In this document: positions 12,158-22,890 of the stretch, piece after piece
How the letters are laid out: the number at the start of each line of letters is the position of its first letter
Position numbering within the stretch: position 1 is the stretch's first letter
Source of the DNA: Malacoraja senta
Taxonomy: Eukaryota
Assembly: GCA_038087875.1 (NCBI GenBank)
Contig: CM075987.1
Coordinates: 26,600,001-26,664,000, forward strand
Length of the DNA stretch: 64,000 nt
Reading direction: 5' to 3'
Position numbers and translations under genes: made by a program
Notes under the pieces: generated by a model
What the model was told of the DNA's origin: nothing
The model's database searches: none
What the model saw: the letters and a program-made list of their open reading frames with translations, nothing else

Positions 12158-13357
12158 AAGGGCTATACTTTTGCGGTATGTCATTGGTTCTCAAGCACTT
12201 TGGGGTAACTTGAGGTCAGAAAAGTTATCTACAAATGCCTGGCCTTGTACGTTGATGTGTCTTTATATACTGTTTCATAGAAAGTTGCATCAAATGCTAA
12301 ATGGAAATCCTGAGGTGGTAGACAAAATCAGCTTGAACTTGGTAAAACTTGGAAAATAGGAATTACCGAAGAAATTGTCATCGAATTTGAACAATATTAC
12401 ACCTATGCACCTATGCTCTATGTTTCTGTTTCTAACTTTTCACTGGAGTGTGGCAATTCCTCACTTGTGGAATATTTTGCTGTCAGTGATGTGGCGACAA
12501 AAACTCAAAAGGCCGTGGCTACTTCAGGTCTCAGGCTATGTCCCAGAGTGGAAACTGTTTGGAGTTTCGAAGGGCTGCAGGAAATAATGGAAAACCATAA
12601 TCCAATTTTGTTGAGTTTATCCTGAGGGCCTCATAAGTATTGACAGAACTTCTCTGGCTTCAAGCAATGTCATATTGGTCTTTAGGTCAAAGAAATGATT
12701 CTGAGCAAGTGATAACACTGAGCGACACACTGCAGCTCACGGGCTATTCATTCACTACAATGGGCCTCATCTAAGCTTATAGGTAAGGCAAAAAGTATAA
12801 GATGCAACGTTTAAGAGACAGTTACGCCGGCATTTCCTCTCTCTCCATCCCTCCCCCACCCAAGTCGCACCAGCTAACAAAGCCCTGCTTCCTTTATCAT
12901 CATTACCTTTTTGCCTATATTTAATTCATTGTTCCTTTTCTCTCTACATCATCGTCTGTATCTCTCGTTTCCCTTTCCCCTGACCAGCCTGAAGAAGGGT
13001 CCCGATCCGAAACGTCACCCATTCCTTCTCTCCAGAGATGCTGCCTGTCCTGCTGAGTCACACCAGCTTTTTGCGTCTACCACGTGGATAGGATAGGTTT
13101 GGAGGGATAGGGCCAAATGCAGGAAGGGGGGGGGGAGACAAGTGTAGCTGGAACATGTTTCCACTCTGTACGACTCCATGACTCTGCGCATTTAAAATTA
13201 AAATTTAATGGAAGGATTCTCTCCCCACAATATTAATGATTTGCAAACGGTTTGCAGCTTTATCGCATTCCTGCAGCTCAAGAGTTGTTATGTCTTAAAG
13301 ATAATGAGAAAGATAATTCATTGAAATATACAATCACGGTTGCACAAGGAGACGTAC

Positions 13358-13852
13358 GTGGCACAGCGGTAGAGTTGCTGCCTTGCAGCTCCAGAGACCC
13401 AGGGTTCGATCCTGACTACGGGTGCTATCTATACGGAGTTTGTACGTTCTCCCCGTGACCGCGTGGGATTTCCACGGGTGCTCCGTTTTCCTCCCACACT
13501 CCAAAGACGTACAGGGTTTGATAAGAATTGTAAATTGGCCCTGGTGTATAGGATAGTGCTATAGGCAGCGCGGAAACAGGCCCTTCGGCCCACTTAGTCT
13601 GCGCCAACGCGATCACCCCATACACTAACACTATCCTACACACACCAGGACAATTTACATTTATACCAAGCCAATTAACCTACAGACCTGTAGGTCTTTG
13701 GAGTGTGGGAGGAAACTGGAGCACGTGAGGAAAACCCACCAGGTCACGGGGAGAACGTGCAAACTCCGTACAGACAGCACCCGCAGTCAGGATAGAACCC
13801 GGATCTCAGGCGCTGTGAGGCAGCAACTCTACCGCTGTGCCATCGTGCTGCC
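13358..13852. mobile_element. Two V-SINEs tail to tail (+ 13358-13563; - 13565-13852)
   Basis: A/B boxes at both outer ends, V-domains in opposite orientation. Confidence 0.8.
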
Positions 13853-14630
13853 CAGCATGAAGTTTGTCACAATGGCAAACCTTCAAGAGATTTATTTTTA
13901 AAGAATTGATCCAAGCAGGATTCACTGATTTTAATCGACATGGTTGTAAGTAAGATTGACTCGATCTGAGGGAAGGATTGTTAACGCGGTGAACTGGAAT
14001 TGCTGCAGCCTAACAGATGTTCATCTGCAGTAGGTCTCCAGGTTCCGTCTGTGTACAAGTCCCTCAGGACCACACAGTTCACATTCATGACAATAGACAG
14101 GGGCGGCACGGTGGCACAGCGGTAGAGTTGCTGCCTTATGGCACGTGCAGCGCCAGAGACCCGGGTTCAACCCCGACTTTGGGTGCTGTCCGTACGCAGT
14201 TTGTACGTTCTCCCCGTGACCTGTTTGGTTATCTCCGAGATCTTTGGATCAGGCAGACGGCCAATAACCAATCAATAAAACTATTAATCATTTTGTGGAT
14301 GTGCAGAATGGCTGGTGTCAACTATTTTAATGTTCCCGAGGAAAGAACATTTAAATCTTCATAACATGCAGCGGCAGGCAGTATAGGACTATTCGGTGAG
14401 CTTATTATAACATTTTTGGCACCAAAACATAGCGACACTTGCTACCTAATTTTACCGGGTTGTCGTTTAGAGATACAGCGCGGAAACAGGCCATTTGGCC
14501 CATCAAGTCCGTGCCGACCTGCGACCCCACGCACATTAACATCACCCTACACACATTAGGGACAATTTACATTCATACCAAGGCAATTAACCTACAAACC
14601 TGTACGTCTTTGGAGTGTGGGAGGAAACTG

Positions 14631-14925
14631 AAAAAGGGGGAGAGAGAGTCGGAGAGAGGGAGAGAGTGGGAGAGCGGGGAGAGAGAGAGGGAGGGAGGGG
14701 GGAGTGGGAGGGGGAGAGGGAGAGAGGGAGAGAGAGAGAGTGGGAGAGAGGGGGGAGGGAGAAAAAGTGAGAGAGAGAAAGAGAGAGAGGAAGGGGGAGA
14801 GGGAGAGGGGGAGGGGGAGAGAGGAAATATATCTATATATGGAGAAAGGCAATGTATGGTGACAGAGAGGAAGGGTCAGAAAGAGAGCACGAGAGAGACA
14901 AGAAAGTCCAGTAAAGAGAGAGCGA
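14631..14925. repeat. GA-rich polypurine low-complexity tract
   Basis: Direct reading. Confidence 0.9.
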
Positions 14926-15215
14926 GTTTGTTTGGAGAATTCACCACCCAGTCTGTTGTTTTCTCTCTCATTATTTAAAAAAAATGTTTGACATTGTCGT
15001 CCCTGCAAAATATTTGTGTCACAGCATTCAGTAGAGACAAGGGGCACTTGGAGTACAAGATTCAGATCTAATCAGTGATCGCATAGCTGTGTAATTAAAT
15101 TATCTGATTAGCATAGCCTGGTGGCATACAATGCATTGCATCTGCATGCTAATGATTTAAAGATTCACAATATAACATAGCAGTCTTCATGCTGAAGAAG
15201 GGTCTCGCCCCGAAA

Positions 15216-15830
15216 CAATAGACAATAGACAATAGATGCAGGAGTAGGCCATTCGGCCCTTCGAGCCAGCACCGCCATTCAATGTGATCATGGCTGATCA
15301 TCCCCAATCAGTACCCTGTTCCTGCCTTCTCCCCATATCCCCTGACTCCGCTATTTTTAAGAGCCCTATCTAGCTCTCTCTTGAAAGTATCCAGAGAACC
15401 GGCCTCCACCGCCCTCTGAGGCAGAGAATTCCACAGACTCACCACTCTCTGTGAGAAAAAGTGTTTCCTCGTCTCTGTTCTAAATGGCTTACTCCTTATT
15501 CTTAAACTGTGGCCCCTGGTTCTGGACTCCCCCAACATCGGGAACATGTTTCCTGCCTCTAGCGTGTCCAAGCCCTTAACAATCTTATATGTTTCAATGA
15601 GATCGCCTCTCATCCTTCTAAACTCCAGAGTGTACAAGCCCAGCTGCTCCATTCTCTCAGCATATGACAGTCCCGCCATCCCGGGAATTAACCTGGTGAA
15701 CCTACGCTGCACTCCCTCAATAGCAAGAATGTCCTTCCTCGATTTAGGGGACCGAAACTGCACACGATACTCCAGGTGTGGACTCACTAGGGCTCTGTAC
15801 AACTGCAGAAGGACCTCTTTGCTCCTATAT
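15216..15830 (-). mobile_element. CR1-type LINE 3' fragment ((CTATTGT)n-tail subfamily)
   Basis: ORF 15308-15868 gives YRSKEVLLQLYRALVSPHLEY...FFSQRVVSLWNSLP...GYGEKAGTGY; inserted in a Penelope-derived repeat (cccgaaac|gtcgcctattcc). Confidence 0.9.
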
Positions 15831-16551
15831 TCGTCGCCTATTCCTTCTCTCCACAGATGCTGCCTCACCCGCTGAGTTACTCCAGCATTTCTGTCTACCT
15901 TCTGGGGCTGGGGTGTTCAGTTTAGTGTAGTTTCAGAGATACAGCGTTGAAACGGGGCCCTTCAGCCCACAGAATCCGCGTGGACCAGTACACTCGTCTA
16001 GCGTCCGGGTCAGCTCCAGCGTTGCTACTTACAGGGAGTTCCCCAGGTAAATGAAATGAAACCAACCAAACACAAGACCCTGACCAAAACATCACATGGT
16101 AATGTGGCTGAAATACAAAATGTCACTGAAGCCTAGCTATTATTGCTGAGAGCATCACTTAAAGCCACACGTCAACAATTACTCTTCAGTCTACTACAAT
16201 GCCGGTGCCTTATTTACAACATCTCTGCTGTTCCTTCCTACACAATGTTCTGAGTGGCGTTTTGCAAATGCATTATCTTACGTCGTTTTATTGCAACAAT
16301 ATCCTCACCGCAATAGTGTGGGAGGGAACTGCAGATGCCGGGAGAAACCGAAGATAGACACAAAGTGCTGGAGGATCTCAGTGGGTCAGGCAGCAAGGCC
16401 AGCAGATGAGGTGCAAGGGTGAATACCCATCATGAACGTGCTCCACATCAGTGCAGGAAACATCAGCAAACACACCTTTAGGAAGGGCTCCAATCAGAAA
16501 CGTCACCCATTCTGTTAAGTTTAGTTCAACTAACATCTGGTTAACTGTAAC

Positions 16552-16789
16552 CAGAGAGTTGTGAATCTGTGGAATTCTCTGCCACAGAAGGCAGTGGAGG
16601 CCGATTCACTGGATGTTTTCAAGAGAGAGTTAGATATAGCTCTTAGGGCTAATGGAATCAAGGGGTGTGGGGTGAAGGCAGGAACGGGGTACTGATTTTG
16701 GATGATCAGCCATGATCATATTGAATGGTGGTGCTGGCTCATAGGGCTGAATGGCCTACTCCTGCACCTATTTTCTATGTTTCTATGTT
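16552..16789 (+). mobile_element. CR1-type LINE 3' fragment ((TATGTTTC)n tail)
   Basis: CAGAGAGTTGTGAATCTGTGGAATTC...CCTACTCCTGCACCTATTTTCTATGTTTCTATG. Confidence 0.85.
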
Positions 16790-16882
16790 TAGTTTAGATT
16801 AGTTTAGAGATACAGCACGGAAACAGGTCCATCAGTCCACCGAGTCCTCACCGACCAGCGACCCCCGCCCATGAACACGACC

Positions 16883-16920
<38 letters not shown>

Positions 16921-17145
16921 TAACCCGCATCACTGGCGCTGTGAGGCAGCAACTCTTCCGCTGTGCCACCGTGCCGCCCAGAGGTGCTGCTTGACCCACT
17001 CAGTTACTCCAGCATTTTGTGTCTATCTTCATCTTAATAGAACAGAACAACAGACAGCCAACCACCCACCAAAGGGAGCTCAGGGCCTGGCAGACATTGA
17101 CGCAGATACAACAACCTGGCTGCTCAACACCGGATTGAGATCTAA

Positions 17146-17777
17146 AGGGCTTGTCCCACTTGGCCGTCATTTACGCGACAGGCCGGTAGTGACTGACACG
17201 CGACGGTCGCGTGCGTCATCATGCGTCCGCGCAGCCGTCTGGAGCGCGTGACGTCATTTGAAGATGGACACAAAATGCAGGAGTAACTCAGCGGGACCGG
17301 CAGCATCTATGGAGAGATGGAATGTGTGATGTTTCGGGTCGAGACTCTTCTCCAGTCTGAAGAAGGGTCTCGACCCGAAACGTCACCCATTGCTTCTCTC
17401 CAGAGATGCTGCCGGTCCCGCTGAGTTACTCCTGCATGTTGTGTCTATCTCCAATCGTCTTGGCCCCACTCTGGGAGTAGGAGTGGGGGCGGATCCGGAT
17501 CCGCAACGGCCGTGAGCACCAGGCCGAGCTCGGCGATGGTTTGCCTGCTTCTGCTGCTGTTGGAGGTGAGACGTTGTGCCGCGCCAGGGTCTTGGGCCTG
17601 TCCCACTTTGGCCGTCAGTTACGCGACAGGCTGGTGGCGCGCGAAGATTTCGTGCAGGACGAAGTCCGCACTCCTCCACGCCACTCCATGCGCCCGTCCC
17701 ACGCTACCCACACGCTACCCACACGCTAGCAGGTCGCGTAAATGGTGCGTGAATGACGGCCAAGTGGGACAGGCCCT
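17146..17777. mobile_element. Composite PIF/Harbinger-type MITE carrying a Penelope-derived hairpin
   Basis: TIR AGGGCTTGTCCCACTTGGCCGTCATT / AATGACGGCCAAGTGGGACAGGCCCT; TSD TAA (17143-17145, 17778-17780); internal ~190-bp palindrome 17262-17450; internal TIR-like copy near 17593. Confidence 0.85.
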
Positions 17778-18580
17778 TAACTACTCCTTTGGTTTATGTT
17801 TCATTCGCAAGAAGATCTTAATAGAACCTGCCCGTAAAGGTTTTTTTTATAAATGGAATTCTTTTCATTTTCTGTTGTCTTATTCAACCTTTGTAAGGCA
17901 AAATAGTTAATTTAGTGGAATCTTCAAATCTTGTAGTGCAGGCACTCGAATACATTACAGGCCCAAATTAAAGGCCTTAAGACACAATGGTGCAGATGAA
18001 GGTAGAGCTGTCTCCAGAATAACAAAGCACTTCAGCTGTCGCCTTGAAAGATGACAGAAGCAGAATTCGCAGCAAAAAGACCCAAGAAAGAGAAAGAAAG
18101 GATGGTGATGGATAACTGCATTGTCCTTGTAAAAGGATTATAGCTACAGTATTAATCTCGAAACATGGATTTCGAGGCGAGCATTGATTTTCAATTTAAA
18201 AAGAAATTTACTGATGTGCTGAACTGTAATCAAATATGGTGCAGGCAGCAAGTGGAAGTAAGAAGAGGCAGCCTCCTGGACAGATATTTGGCTTAAATCT
18301 CAATGCAGCAGTCACAGCTAAAGGAAGGGTTGTTAAATTAGATTTGGGGGGGGTGGGGTAAGTTGCATTGCACAGGGAGACTGTGTTTGGGTGACTATTA
18401 TTCAGTAAGTATTGCATACTTACCATCATCACCACAAACCAACCTCCCATCCATACCTCACACTGCCTCGGCAAGGCCAGCAGCATAATCAAGGACCAGT
18501 CGCACCCCGGCCACTCCCTCTTCTCCCCTCACCCATCGGGCAAAAGGTATAGAAGTGTGAAAACGCACACCTCCAGATTC

Positions 18581-19165
18581 TGGACTCATTGACTCCATTC
18601 AAGGACCCAAGCAATCGTTCCAGGTGCGACAGAGGTTCACCTGCACCTCCTCCAACCTCATCTATTGCATCCGCTGCTCTAGATGTCAGCTGCTCTACAT
18701 CGGTGAGTCCAAGGATAGGCATGGCGATCGCTTCGCCCAACACCTCCGCTCTGTTCGCAATAACCAACCTGATCTCCCGGTGGCTCAGCACTTCAACTCC
18801 CCCTCCCATTCCGAATCTGACCTTTCTGTCCTGGGCCTCCTCCATTGTCAGAGTGAGGACCACCGGAAATTGGAGGAGCAGCACCTCATATTTCGCTTGG
18901 GCAGTTTATACCCCAGCGGCACGAACATAGACTTCTCCAAATTCAGGTAGTCCTCACTGTCTCCTTCTCAGCTCTCCCACAGCCCTCTGGCTCCTCCTCT
19001 TCCTTTCTTCTTCCCCTCCCCCCTCCACCCTACATCAGTCTGAAGAAGGGTTTCGGCCCGAAACGTTGCCTATTTCCTTCGCTCCATAGATGCTGCCGCA
19101 CCCGCTGAGTTTCTCCAGCACTTTTGACTACCTTCGATTTTCCAGCATCTGCAGTTCCTTCTTAA
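18581..19165 (+). mobile_element. Penelope-like element, 5'-truncated (GIY-YIG endonuclease end plus 3' tail)
   Basis: ORF 18624-18950 reads NLIYCIRCSRCQLLYIGES...; 12-bp TSD ACCTCCAGATTC (18569-18580, 19166-19177). Confidence 0.9.
19040..19068 (+). ncRNA. Minimal hammerhead-ribozyme-like motif in Penelope 3' end
   Basis: CTGAAGA-A-GGGT(TTCG)GCCC-GAAA-CGTT: conserved core, stem II with tetraloop, palindromic minimal stem III; stem I is weak in cis. Confidence 0.55.
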
Positions 19166-19673
19166 ACCTCCAGATTCAAGGACAGTTTCTTCCCAACTGC
19201 AACTCCGGACTGTCAAAGCTGCCACAGCCAGACATAACAAACAGCTTTTTTCCACGAGTAGTAGCTCTACTCAATAACCAAAAATCTGTAGCCTCCTTTT
19301 GCTCTGGTATTTTATTTAATTCACATCTTTAATCAATAATGTTTTATTATTAATGTTTGATGTTTTATGTGTCATTCCTAACTGTCACTGTATGTCATGT
19401 TGTCACTTGCGGGCGGAGCACCAAGGCAAATTCCTTGTATGTGAATACTTGGCCAATAAACCTATTCATTCATTCATTCAACTGTTATCAGGCAACTGAA
19501 CCATCCTACCACCACCAGAGAGATGTGCTGAACTGCTATCTGCCTCATTGGTGACCCTCGGACTATCCTTGAATGAATTTTGCTGGCTTTACCTTGCACT
19601 AAACGTTATTCTCTTATCCTGTATCTGTACACTGTAAACGGCTCGATTGTAATCCTGTGCTGTCTTTCCGCTG

Positions 19674-22270
19674 GTACACAAAAATGCTGGAGAAACTCAG
19701 CGGGTGCAGCAGCATCTATGGAGCGAAGGAAATAGGTAACGTTTCGGGCCGAAACCCTTCTTCAGACTGATAGGGGGTGGGGAGAAGAAAGGAAAAAAGG
19801 AAAAGGAGGAGGAGGAGCCCGAGGGTTGGGGGAGGGGAGGAGACAACCAGATGGCTGATGAAGGGGAGGAGACAGCAAGGGCTAGCAGAATTGGGAGAAT
19901 TCAACGTTCAGGCCACCAGGGTGTAGACTGCCCAAGCGGAATATGAGGTGCATTTCCTCCAATTTACGGTGTTGCTCGCTGTGGCCATGGAGGAGACCCA
20001 GGACAGAGAGGTCAGATATGGAATGGGAGGGGGAGTTGAAGTGCTGAGCCACCGGGAGTTCAGGTTGGTTATTGCGGACCGACCGGAGGTGTTCGGCGAA
20101 ACGATCGCCAAGCCTCCGCTTGGTCTCACCGATGTAGATCAGCTGGCATCTAGAGCAGCGAATGCAATAGATGAGGTTGGAGGAGATGCAGGTGAACCTC
20201 TGTCGCACCTGGAACGACTGCTTGGGTCCTGGAATGGAGTGGAGGGGGGAAGTGAAGGGACAAGTGTTGCATCTCTTGCGGTTGCAAGGGAAAGTACCAG
20301 GGGAGGGGGTGGTATGGGAGGGAAGGGAAGAATTGACAAGGGAGTTACGGAGGGAGCGGTCTTTGCGGAAGGCAGACATAGGGGGAGATGGGAAGATGTG
20401 GCGAGTGGTGGGGTCACGTTGGAGGTGGCGAAACTGACGGAGGATCACTTGTTGTATGTGACGGCTGGTGGGGTGAAAGGTGAGGACTAGGGGGACTCTG
20501 CCTTTGTTGTGAGTGGGGGGATGGGGAGAGAGAGCAGTGTTGCGGGGTATGGCAGAGACCCTGGTGCGAGCCTCATCTATGGTGGAGGAGGGGAATCCCC
20601 GTTCCCTGAAGAATGAGGACATTTCAGATGCCCTGGTGTGGAACGCCTCATCCTGGGAGCAGATGCGGCGTAGACGGAGGAATTGGGAGTGGGGGATGGA
20701 GTCCTTACAGGAAGCAGGGTGGGAAGAAGTGTAGTCCAGATAGCCATGGGAGTCGGTAGGTTTGTAGTGGATGTCGGTAAGGAGTCTATCACCTGCGATG
20801 GAGATAGTGAGGTCAAGGAATGGTAGGGAAGTGTCGGAAATGGTCCAGGTGTATTTAAGTGCCGGATGGAAGTTGGTGGTGAAGCGGATGAAGTCAGTCA
20901 GTTGTGTGTGGGTGCAGGATGTGGCACCAAAACAATCATCGATGTAGCGGAGGTAGAGGTCGGGGATGGGGCCCTGGTACGCATTGAAGAGGGATTGTTC
21001 TACGTACCCGACAAAGAGGCAGGCGTAGCTGGGGCCCATGCGTGTGCCCATAGCTACGCCTTGTATTTGGAGGAAATGGGAGGAGTCGAATGAAAAGTTA
21101 TTAAGTGTAAGTACCAGCTCCGCTAGGCGGAGGAGGGTGTCAGTGGCCGGGTATAGATTGCTTCTCCGGTCGAGGAAAAAACGGAGGGCTTTGAGACCAT
21201 CCTGGTGGGGGATGGAGGTGTACAGTGACTGGACGTCCATGGTGAAGATGAGGGGGTGAGGGCCTAGAGAGTGGAATGCGCGGAGATGACGGAGAGTGTC
21301 TGAGGTGTCTTGAACATAGGTAGGGAGGGATTTAACCAAGGGGGATAGGATGGAGTCGAGGTAGGTGGAGATGAGTTCGGTGGGGCAAGAACAGGCAGAG
21401 ACAATGGGTCTACCGGGACAGTCAGGTTTGTGGATTTTGGGGAGAAGGTAAAAGCGGGCTGTGCGGGGCTGGGGAACGATGAGGTTGGAGGCTCGGTCGG
21501 GCAGGGCGTGGGAGTGGATGAAGTTGGTGATGGTGCTGGAGATGGTGGCCTGGTGCTCGTCAGTGGGGTCATGGTCCAGGGGTAAGTAGGAAGAGGTGTC
21601 CGAGAGTTGGCGCGTGGCCTCAGCTTTGTAGAGGTCGACGCGCCAGACTACCACGGCACCTCCCTTGTCGGCGGGTTTGATAACCCAATCTAGGTTGTTG
21701 CGGAGTGAGTCGATGGCAGTGCGTTCAAGGGGGGAGAGATTGGAGTGAGACAGGGGAGTGGAGAAGTTGAGGCGGTGGATGTCACGGCGGCAGTTTTTAA
21801 TAAAGAGTTCTAAAGCCGGAAGGCTGCGAGGGGGGTTCCATGAGGATGGGGTGCGTTGGAGACGGGAAAAGGGGTCATCAGTGGGGAGCGAGGACTGCTT
21901 CCCATGGAAGTGAGCTGTGAGGCGGAGGCGACGGTAGAAGCGTTCCAAGTCATGGAGGGCACGGAACTCATTGAGATGGGGACGGAGGGGGACAAAGGTA
22001 AGACCTCTGCTGAGGACAGACCGTTCGATGTCGGAGAGGGGGAGGTCGGGGGGGATGGTGAACACCCGGCAGGGATGGGGGTTGGGGCCGGAGGAAGGCA
22101 GGTGGCTGATGAAGGGGAGGGGACAGCCAGGGCTAGCAGAATTGGGAGAATTCAACGTTCAGGCCACCAGGGTGTAGACTGCCCAAGCGGAATATGAGGT
22201 GCATTTCCTCCAATTTACTGCTGATGAAGGGGAGGGGACAGCCAGGGCTAGCAGAATTGGGAGAATTCAA
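19674..22270 (-). mobile_element. Penelope-like retroelement (Neptune-type), near full length, partial-tandem structure
   Basis: 14-bp TSD CTGTCTTTCCGCTG (19660-19673, 22271-22284); two short copies of its own 3' end sit upstream (about 22098-22218 and 22219-22270); hammerhead-like motif at about 19737-19766 on the minus strand. Confidence 0.93.
19882..22155 (-). CDS. Penelope-like reverse transcriptase plus GIY-YIG endonuclease (757 codons open; native start missing)
   Basis: Motifs LSRGLTFVP, IKPADKGGAVV, FYLLPKIHK..PGRPIVS, MDVQSLYTSIP, GVAMG, YLRYIDD; Cys linker CNRKRCNTC; NLIY...YIGET..R...RFAEH endonuclease. Confidence 0.92.
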   Translation of the reverse strand: MNSPNSASPGCPLPFISHLPSSGPNPHPCRVFTIPPDLPLSDIERSVLSRGLTFVPLRPHLNEFRALHDLERFYRRLRLTAHFHGKQSSLPTDDPFSRLQRTPSSWNPPRSLPALELFIKNCRRDIHRLNFSTPLSHSNLSPLERTAIDSLRNNLDWVIKPADKGGAVVVWRVDLYKAEATRQLSDTSSYLPLDHDPTDEHQATISSTITNFIHSHALPDRASNLIVPQPRTARFYLLPKIHKPDCPGRPIVSACSCPTELISTYLDSILSPLVKSLPTYVQDTSDTLRHLRAFHSLGPHPLIFTMDVQSLYTSIPHQDGLKALRFFLDRRSNLYPATDTLLRLAELVLTLNNFSFDSSHFLQIQGVAMGTRMGPSYACLFVGYVEQSLFNAYQGPIPDLYLRYIDDCFGATSCTHTQLTDFIRFTTNFHPALKYTWTISDTSLPFLDLTISIAGDRLLTDIHYKPTDSHGYLDYTSSHPASCKDSIPHSQFLRLRRICSQDEAFHTRASEMSSFFRERGFPSSTIDEARTRVSAIPRNTALSPHPPTHNKGRVPLVLTFHPTSRHIQQVILRQFRHLQRDPTTRHIFPSPPMSAFRKDRSLRNSLVNSSLPSHTTPSPGTFPCNRKRCNTCPFTSPLHSIPGPKQSFQVRQRFTCISSNLIYCIRCSRCQLIYIGETKRRLGDRFAEHLRSVRNNQPELPVAQHFNSPSHSISDLSVLGLLHGHSEQHRKLEEMHLIFRLGSLHPGGLNVEFSQFC

Positions 22271-22578
22271 CTGTCTTTCCGCTGACTGGTTAGCACGCAA
22301 CAAAAGCTTTTCACTGAGGTACATGTGACAATAAACTAAACTGAACTATGTATTAAAATTGCTGAGTGATCGCAAAGTTCTACTTCCATTAATCTCACGT
22401 TCCTTCGTATCAAGTGCAGTTCCGGTGACAATCTGAAAGGTTTTTACAATATTAGTGTCATGCAATGTTGGCTGTTGAAACAACTGTTTCGACATAATAG
22501 ATTAAGAATTGATGATATAAAAAACATTATTTTGAGCGTGTGCACAGTTAGTTATTGAATGCCAGCACCAAATTCACA

Positions 22579-22890
22579 GGCGGCACGGTGGCGCAGCGGT
22601 AGAGTTGCTGCCTCACAGCACCAGAGACCCCGGTTCGATCCTGACTACGGGTGCTGTCTGCACGGAGTTTGTACGTTCTCCCCGTGACCTGCGCGGGTTT
22701 TCCCCGGGTGCTCCGGTTTCTTCCCACACTCCAAAGACCTACAGGTTTGTCGGTTAATTGGCTTCGGTAAAATTACAAATTGTCCCTTCTGTGTGAAGGA
22801 TAGTGAAAGTGTGCGGGGATCGCTGGTCGGCACGGACTCGGTGGGCCGAAGGGCCTGTTTCCACACTGTGCCTCGAAACTAATCTAAACT
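22579..22890 (+). mobile_element. V-SINE (HE1-like), full length
   Basis: A box GGTGGCGCAGCGG, B box GGTTCGATCC, V-domain and tail. Confidence 0.88.

Larger units (their letters stand above)
18430..22347 (+). mobile_element. Rex1/Babar-like LINE 3' fragment acting as host for three later insertions
   Basis: Host pieces at 18430-18580 (ASSIIKDQSHPGHSLFSP..SGKRYRSVKTHTSRF), 19166-19199, 19480-19673 and 22271-22347 rejoin colinearly across TSDs. Confidence 0.7.

Noticed and set aside
14439..15047. 179-aa and 151-aa ORFs
   Set aside because: SINE fragment plus GA-rich low-complexity tract
19948..22197. Several + strand ORFs over the Penelope element
   Set aside because: Antisense shadows of the GC-skewed RT ORF
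22579..22650. tRNA genes suggested by A/B boxes
   Set aside because: These are V-SINE heads continuing into the V-domain; no complete cloverleaf or terminator
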